The translations under genes and the position numbers were made by a program. Under the pieces are notes generated by a model that was not told where the DNA came from, did no database searches, and was given only the letters and a program-made list of their open reading frames with translations. A stretch of 11,336 nucleotides of DNA from Elusimicrobiota bacterium (lineage in GTDB: Bacteria > Elusimicrobiota > Elusimicrobia > Elusimicrobiales > UBA9959): contig DAIENX010000060.1 of assembly GCA_027340875.1 (NCBI GenBank), forward strand, positions 1 through 11,336, in the 5' to 3' direction. This document shows positions 6,019-11,336 of the stretch, piece after piece; the first letter of the stretch is position 1; each line of letters starts with the position of its first letter.

Positions 6019-6486
6019 ATGATAACCCACGACGGCAAGGTCAGAGTTTCGGCAAAGGCCATCCTGATCCGTAACGGCAGGCTGCTGCTGATGAGGGCGC
6101 GCGACCGGACTGGCGTCTACTATCTGCTCCCCGGAGGCGGCCAGCGGAACGGCGAGACGCTGCATGAGGCTCTGGCCCGTGAATGCGCGGAGGAGACCGG
6201 CATCCTCGTGGGGCCGGGGCGTGCCCGCTACGTCAGGGACTACATCGCCCGCAACCACGAATTCGCGAAATCTGACGGGGACTTCCACCAGGTGGAGGTG
6301 ATGTTCCTCTGTTCCTGCGCCGGCCGGGCCAAGGGGCCCCGCGCCCCGGACGCCGCGCAGACGGGCCATTCCTGGGTCCCGCTGACCCGCCTCGGCAAGA
6401 TCCGCCTTTATCCTTCCGTCCTCAAGTCGCTCATCACTTACGACGGAAAAATGCGCGGCCCCGTCTATCTGGGCGACTCCAACTGA
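6019..6486 (+). CDS. Nudix hydrolase (155 aa), substrate unknown
   Basis: Nudix box LPGGGQRNGETLHEALARECAEETGI; RVSAKAILI N-terminal strand; C-terminal YLGDSN. Confidence 0.92.
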   Translation: MITHDGKVRVSAKAILIRNGRLLLMRARDRTGVYYLLPGGGQRNGETLHEALARECAEETGILVGPGRARYVRDYIARNHEFAKSDGDFHQVEVMFLCSCAGRAKGPRAPDAAQTGHSWVPLTRLGKIRLYPSVLKSLITYDGKMRGPVYLGDSN

Positions 6487-6497
6487 CGCCGTTCTTC

Positions 6498-6535
6498 AAA
6501 AAAAGTCTGGACATTTCCGCTGAGGGTTGTATAAT
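6498..6535 (+). promoter_or_regulatory. sigma70-type promoter for the symporter gene
   Basis: A7 tract (6498-6504), TGGACA (6508-6513), 16-nt spacer, perfect TATAAT (6530-6535); SD AGGAGG at 6579-6584 before the ATG at 6591. Confidence 0.75.
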
Positions 6536-6590
6536 AGGATTCTCTCGTCCTTTCGCCAAGGGGCGGCAATAAACTCACAGGAGGGGCATC

Positions 6591-8492
6591 ATGGCAGGCA
6601 TAGATATTGCCATTATTCTAGCCTTTATAGGCTACTCCATATATTCCGGGGTCAGCAACAAGGACAAGGCCTCGAAGGACCTCAACGAGTACTTCCTCGC
6701 CGGCAGGTCGCTGCCGGGCTGGAAGGCCGGCCTGAGCATGGCCGCCACGCAGTTCGCCGCGGACACGCCGCTGCTGGTCACCGGCATAATCGCGGTATCC
6801 GGCATCTTCGCGCTGTGGCAGATGTGGATCTACGCGCTCTCCTTCCTGTTGATGGGCTTCGTGCTGGCCTCCCACTGGAGGCGGGCCAACGTGATCACCG
6901 ACGCGGAACTCACCGAGATACGCTACGGCGGCGGGAAGGCTCTGATGCTGCGCGGGTTCAAGGCGGTCTATTTCGGGACCATCTTCAACTGCGTGGTTCT
7001 GGCCTGGGTGTTCTTCGCCGCTTCGCGCATCGCCGAGCCGTTCCTTCCCTGGAACGAATGGCTGCCGGCCTGGTTCTTCGGTCCGGTCATGCACGCGGTC
7101 CAGTGGTTCGGCGTGAAGCTGACCAACGCCGCCCCGGACGCGGCCAACGTCTGGATACTCTCCACCAACAACTTCATCTCGGTCCTGTCCATACTGATGG
7201 TCACCACCTTCTATTCCGCCACCGGCGGTCTGCGAAGCGTAGTCGAGACCGACGTGGTCCAGATCTTCATCATGTTCGGCGCGACGCTGCTGTTCGCCGG
7301 GATAATATTCGTCAAGGCGGGGGGCATCGCCGGCATCCACGAGAAGCTGCAGGCCATCTACGCTTCGGGCGCGCTGCACGGCATAAAGCCCTCGCAGGTG
7401 CTGGCTTTCACCCCCGACCGGGCGTACCACGTCACCTTCCCTCTGCTGGCGCTGTTCGCGCTGCAGTGGTTCATTCAGCTCAATTCCGACGGGACAGGCT
7501 ATCTGGCGCAGCGCTCGATGGCCTGCAAGGACGAAAGGCACGCGAAGATGGCGGCCATGGTGTTCACCGCCACCCAGGTCTTCCTGCGAAGCCTGCTGTG
7601 GCTGCCTATAGGCCTCGGCCTGCTGGTGCTCTTCCCGCCGGCCGCGGACCTCGCCGGCAACCTGCTGCAGGCCGACCGGGAGGGAGTGTACGTGAAGGGA
7701 ATGGCCCAACTGCTGCCGCCCGGAGTGAAGGGACTGATGATAACCGGCATGCTGGCGGCACTCGCGTCCACGGTGGACACCCATATCAACTGGGGTTCGT
7801 CCTACTGGGCCAACGACATCTACAAGCGCATAATCTGTCAGGCCTGGCTGAAACGCGAGCCGGGCGGGAAGTCGCTGGTCTGGGTCGCGCGCCTCTCCAA
7901 CGTAATGCTGATCGGAATCGCTCTCTTCGTGATGACGAAGCTCTCCTCGATCAACCAGGCCTGGCAGGCCAGCCTGCTGCTCGGCGCCGGCATGGGGCCG
8001 ATACTGGTAATGCGCTGGCTCTGGTGGCGCGTGAACGGCTGGTCGGAGATAGCGGCCATCGTCGTGTCGGCCGCGGCCGCCATGCCGCTGCTGCTCTGGG
8101 TGCCCGACCAGGCGCTGCGCCTGCTGATAATGGCCGCGCTCTCTCTGACCGCTTCGCTGGCGGCGATATTCTTCTTCGGGCCGGAGGACAGGAAGCATCT
8201 GCACGCCTTCTACAGGCAGGTACGCCCCAAGGGCTTCTGGCATAAGATAGCGGTGGAGTGCGGGGACCACGACCACAAGGGCAGCAGGCGGCTGGCGCTC
8301 TCTATGGGGGCCATGCTGGCCGCGAGCCTCTCCGTCTTCTGCCTGCTGGTCGGCTTCGGTTCGATACTGGCCGGCAGCCCGCCGCCGACGTTCCTCCCGT
8401 ATACGGGCGCGTGGATCGGGCTGAACATAGCCGCCGGACTGCTGCTCTGCCCGGTCTGGTTCAAGCTGGGGTTCCAGCTGGAGCACCATTAG
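6591..8492 (+). CDS. Sodium:solute symporter (SSS/SLC5) family protein, substrate unknown
   Basis: EYFLAGRSLPGW, LSMAATQFAADTP, ELTEIRYG, YSATGGLRSVVETDVVQ, AQRSMACKDERHA, LPPGVKGLMITGMLAALASTVDT (Na2-site region), WLWWRVN; many hydrophobic helices; strong SD. Confidence 0.95.
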   Translation: MAGIDIAIILAFIGYSIYSGVSNKDKASKDLNEYFLAGRSLPGWKAGLSMAATQFAADTPLLVTGIIAVSGIFALWQMWIYALSFLLMGFVLASHWRRANVITDAELTEIRYGGGKALMLRGFKAVYFGTIFNCVVLAWVFFAASRIAEPFLPWNEWLPAWFFGPVMHAVQWFGVKLTNAAPDAANVWILSTNNFISVLSILMVTTFYSATGGLRSVVETDVVQIFIMFGATLLFAGIIFVKAGGIAGIHEKLQAIYASGALHGIKPSQVLAFTPDRAYHVTFPLLALFALQWFIQLNSDGTGYLAQRSMACKDERHAKMAAMVFTATQVFLRSLLWLPIGLGLLVLFPPAADLAGNLLQADREGVYVKGMAQLLPPGVKGLMITGMLAALASTVDTHINWGSSYWANDIYKRIICQAWLKREPGGKSLVWVARLSNVMLIGIALFVMTKLSSINQAWQASLLLGAGMGPILVMRWLWWRVNGWSEIAAIVVSAAAAMPLLLWVPDQALRLLIMAALSLTASLAAIFFFGPEDRKHLHAFYRQVRPKGFWHKIAVECGDHDHKGSRRLALSMGAMLAASLSVFCLLVGFGSILAGSPPPTFLPYTGAWIGLNIAAGLLLCPVWFKLGFQLEHH

Positions 8493-8504
8493 CCTCGGGC
8501 GCGG

Positions 8505-8544
8505 AAAAAAGAAGGGCGGCCTGAGAGAGCCGCCCTTCTTTTTT
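8505..8544. terminator. Bidirectional intrinsic terminator
   Basis: AAAAAA-GAAGGGCGGC-(ctgagaga)-GCCGCCCTTC-TTTTTT, a perfect 16-bp inverted repeat with a U-tract on both strands, between convergent genes. Confidence 0.93.
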
Positions 8545-8558
8545 ATTCGGACAAGCCG

Positions 8559-10652
8559 CTATTGGAGCTGCGAGAGGTCCGCGACGCCTTCCACCAGTGA
8601 AACAAGGGACTTCATCAGGTTCAGCCTGTTGTCCCTGACCCTGGGGTCCTCCGCCATCACCATCACCTTGTCGAAGAAGTTGTCCAGGCTGCCCTTTATG
8701 GTAAGCAGCTCCGAAAGACCCTTCGCGTAATCCCTGGCGGCTATGTGCGCCTGCAGACGGCCGCTCATGGCCTTGATATCTCCGTAAAGCGCCCGCTCCT
8801 CGTCCTTCTCGAAGACCGCCTCGTCCGGGGAGCCGTCGAGCGGGGTCTTGGCCTGGCGCAGGATGTTCTTGGCCCGTTTGAAGGCCATCGCTATGCCGGC
8901 AAAGTCCGGGTTGGTCCTCAGCGCATGCACGTCGCGCGCCCGGCCGCGGCAGTCCAGCAGATCGCCGCCGGCCATAAAGACCTCGCGTACGGCCTTGATC
9001 TCATCGAAGCGGCAGCCTTCCTCGGAGAAGACGGCTTCCGCGCGCTGCCAGATGAAGTCCAGCAGAGAGGCCAGTCTCTCCGCGGTGACGGGAACAGCGT
9101 CGGGACGCAGCGCCGCGAAGGGTGATAACGCCTTCCCGGCCGCCTCGCGCAGGTCGAGCGATATGCCCTTCTCCAGTACTATCCGGACGGCCCCCAAGGC
9201 CTGGCGGCGCAGACCATGCGGGTCCTCGCTGCCGGACGGTATCTGGCCGGTGAAGAAATCGGCCGCGAGCGTGTCCAGCTTGCCGGCCAGCGAGACCAGA
9301 GCCCCTTCCTTAGAGGAGGGAAGCGGGGACTTGGCGGAGACCGGCCAGTAGAACTGTCCGGTGGCCGCGGCGACGGCATCGCCCATGCCGGCGTGCGCCG
9401 CGTAATAGCCGCCCATGATGCCCTGCAGCTCGGGGAACTCGCCTACGACGCCGCTGGTCAGGTCGGCGTAGACGTGCGCGGCGGCGGCGAGAACGACCTC
9501 CCGGTCCGTACCGGGACATCTCTCCGTCAGGTACACGGCGAGTTTCTCGACGCGGGCCGTCTTGTCGGCCATGCTGCCGAGCCCGGCCTGGAAAGTGATC
9601 GCGTCCAGCTTGTCCTTGAAAGCGGCTAGCGGGGAGGCCAGGTCGCGGGAATAGAAGAAGATAGCGTCGCGGAACCGCGCCTCCAGAACGTTGCGGAAGC
9701 CCTCCTCGACGTTGCGCTGTCCCTTGGACACGCCGTCCCTGATGCCGACGAAGTACGGCTGCAGCCTGCCTTTCGCGTCGGCCACGGTGAAGAACTTCAG
9801 CTGCTTCTTCATCACCAGGTGCACCAGCTCGTGCGGCAGCTTCAGGAAATCCTGCGAGTAGCCGGAAACTACGCAGACGGGGTATTCGACCAGGTAGAGG
9901 TTCTCCAGGAGCAGGTCCTCGTCCGCTTCTACGGAAAGTTTCATCCTTTTCGATGCCGCGGCCAGCTCCTTGCGCAGCGTGGAGAGGCGCTCCGCGTCCT
10001 TCACGAGCACGTTGGCGTGCTCCAGCGTCTTGAAATATCTCTCGGCCGAGGCTATCTTGAGCTGGCGCGAGCCCTTGGCGCTGAGACCCACGGTGACCCG
10101 CGCCGACTTGATGCCGGCTACCGCGAAGGTAACGGGCTTGTCGCCGTGCAGGGCGAGAAGGCTGCGGATGGGGCGGGCGAAGCGGAAGCGGGTCCTTTCC
10201 CAGACCATGTTCTTGGGGAACTGGAGCCGCGAGATGATCCTCGGGAAGATCTCGGCGAGAGCCTTGGCGGCCTGACGGCCGGGCTGCCTCGTCTCGAAGA
10301 CCAGCACCTCGCCCTTGTTCGGCACGGTCTCCACGCCCAGCTTGTCCGGGGTGGTCCCGCGCGACCTGGCGAAGCCGGCGGCCTGCGGCGTGTAGTTGCC
10401 GTCAGGTCCCTTCAGCAGGCGGGCCGCCGGGCCGTAGGCCTTAATCACCTTATCGTCGGTCTTTGCCGGCACGCCCGTAACGTGAAGCACGAGACGCTTG
10501 TAGGTGCCGTAGGTCTCGGCGGAGTCGAAAGGAAGGCCCGCCTCGTTCAGGGCCTCGACCGCGTAACGCTTCAGCTGCTCCTCGGCGGAAGTGACGAAGC
10601 GCGCGGGGATGTTCTCTATGCGGATCTCCAGCAGGACGTCCCTCTTAAGCAT
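8559..10652 (-). CDS. glyS: Glycine--tRNA ligase beta subunit
   Basis: [98 protein letters not shown] at 10659-10665; 8-nt overlap with glyQ. Confidence 0.97.
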   Translation of the reverse strand: MLKRDVLLEIRIENIPARFVTSAEEQLKRYAVEALNEAGLPFDSAETYGTYKRLVLHVTGVPAKTDDKVIKAYGPAARLLKGPDGNYTPQAAGFARSRGTTPDKLGVETVPNKGEVLVFETRQPGRQAAKALAEIFPRIISRLQFPKNMVWERTRFRFARPIRSLLALHGDKPVTFAVAGIKSARVTVGLSAKGSRQLKIASAERYFKTLEHANVLVKDAERLSTLRKELAAASKRMKLSVEADEDLLLENLYLVEYPVCVVSGYSQDFLKLPHELVHLVMKKQLKFFTVADAKGRLQPYFVGIRDGVSKGQRNVEEGFRNVLEARFRDAIFFYSRDLASPLAAFKDKLDAITFQAGLGSMADKTARVEKLAVYLTERCPGTDREVVLAAAAHVYADLTSGVVGEFPELQGIMGGYYAAHAGMGDAVAAATGQFYWPVSAKSPLPSSKEGALVSLAGKLDTLAADFFTGQIPSGSEDPHGLRRQALGAVRIVLEKGISLDLREAAGKALSPFAALRPDAVPVTAERLASLLDFIWQRAEAVFSEEGCRFDEIKAVREVFMAGGDLLDCRGRARDVHALRTNPDFAGIAMAFKRAKNILRQAKTPLDGSPDEAVFEKDEERALYGDIKAMSGRLQAHIAARDYAKGLSELLTIKGSLDNFFDKVMVMAEDPRVRDNRLNLMKSLVSLVEGVADLSQLQ

Positions 10653-11334
10653 TGGAGGCCTCCTTCTCGGCCGGCTCGTTGGCCTCGACGTAGGCCACCG
10701 CGCAGGCTTTAGCGATGTCGCGGATGCGCTTTATCAGCACCGCTCGCTCGGTGACGGAAATGGCCCCGCGGGCGTCCATCAGGTTGAAGTTCTGAGAGCA
10801 CTTCATGACCAGGTCGAAGGCGGGGAGATAGTATCCCTTGGCCGTCAGCCGCGCGACCTCCTTCTCCCAGCGCTCGAAATTGGCCCTGAGGTTCTCCACG
10901 TCAGCCTCCTCGAAATTATAATGGGAGAACTGCTCTTCCTGGCCCTTGTGCACCTCGCCGTAGGTGAGCCTGTCGGTCCACATGATGTCGAAGATGCGCT
11001 TCTTCTTCTGGGCGAACATGGCCAGGCGCTCCAGGCCGTATGTAATTTCGACGCTGATCGGGTTCAGCTCGTAGGAGGCCATCTGCTGGAAGTAGGTGAA
11101 CTGCGTTATCTCCATGCCGTCCAGCCAGACCTCCCAGCCTACGCCTGACGCGCCGAGGGTGGGGGACTCCCAGTCGTCCTCTATCCAGCGGATGTCGTGC
11201 TCGGTATGGTCTATGCCGAAGACCTTCAGGGACTCCAGATAGACCTGCTGGATGTTCTCCACGGGGGGTTTGATGATGACCTGGTACTGGTAGTACTTGC
11301 CCAGGCGGTTCGGGTTCTCCCCGAAGCGGGCGTC
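10645..11334 (-). CDS. glyQ: Glycine--tRNA ligase alpha subunit (5' end outside the window)
   Basis: Frame is open to the window edge: [23 protein letters not shown]...[33 protein letters not shown]...[11 protein letters not shown]...[15 protein letters not shown]. Confidence 0.97.
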   Translation of the reverse strand, partial: DARFGENPNRLGKYYQYQVIIKPPVENIQQVYLESLKVFGIDHTEHDIRWIEDDWESPTLGASGVGWEVWLDGMEITQFTYFQQMASYELNPISVEITYGLERLAMFAQKKKRIFDIMWTDRLTYGEVHKGQEEQFSHYNFEEADVENLRANFERWEKEVARLTAKGYYLPAFDLVMKCSQNFNLMDARGAISVTERAVLIKRIRDIAKACAVAYVEANEPAEKEASNA

Positions 11335-11336
11335 GG

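Noticed and set aside
6019..6486. Nudix as an NrtR regulator of nadE
   Set aside because: Only 155 aa, with no C-terminal winged-helix DNA-binding domain.
6618..8489. 623-aa antisense ORF (and 572-aa alternate-frame ORF 6527-8245) over the symporter
   Set aside because: Typical shadow ORFs of a GC3-rich hydrophobic gene; composition is biased (Q/H/R/G/E), with no motifs and no SD noticed.
8478..8492. C-terminal LEHH resembling a vector His-tag
   Set aside because: Only two His, no XhoI site (ctggag), and native terminator context.
1..11336. CRISPR arrays, IS/transposase, integrase, tRNA/rRNA
   Set aside because: No regularly spaced repeats, terminal inverted repeats or RNA-gene signatures seen; the window is almost entirely protein-coding.

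Overview
GC-rich bacterial window from a diderm (it encodes two predicted outer-membrane beta-barrels). Left, on the minus strand, is a four-gene operon in which every gene overlaps the next. It encodes a small lipoprotein ending GGGCGCN (DUF4266-like), a beta-barrel with two tandem ApbE-type flavinylation motifs (DUF3570-like), an ApbE FAD:protein FMN transferase, and a CcdA/DsbD-type membrane electron carrier that runs off the left edge and is absent from the ORF track. Together these look like a trans-envelope thiol/flavin electron conduit of unknown purpose. The ApbE has no export signal and has substitutions at the usual Mg-binding Asp/Thr. A 133-bp divergent control region carries back-to-back sigma70-type promoters and a perfect 18-bp palindrome over the rightward -10/TSS. 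The rightward operon is glutamine-dependent nadE, a POTRA-less Omp85-family barrel and a Nudix hydrolase. A sodium:solute symporter with its own promoter follows, then a bidirectional terminator and the convergent glyS and glyQ (partial). No mobile elements, CRISPR arrays or RNA genes were recognised. Family assignments come from motif recognition only; no database search was run.
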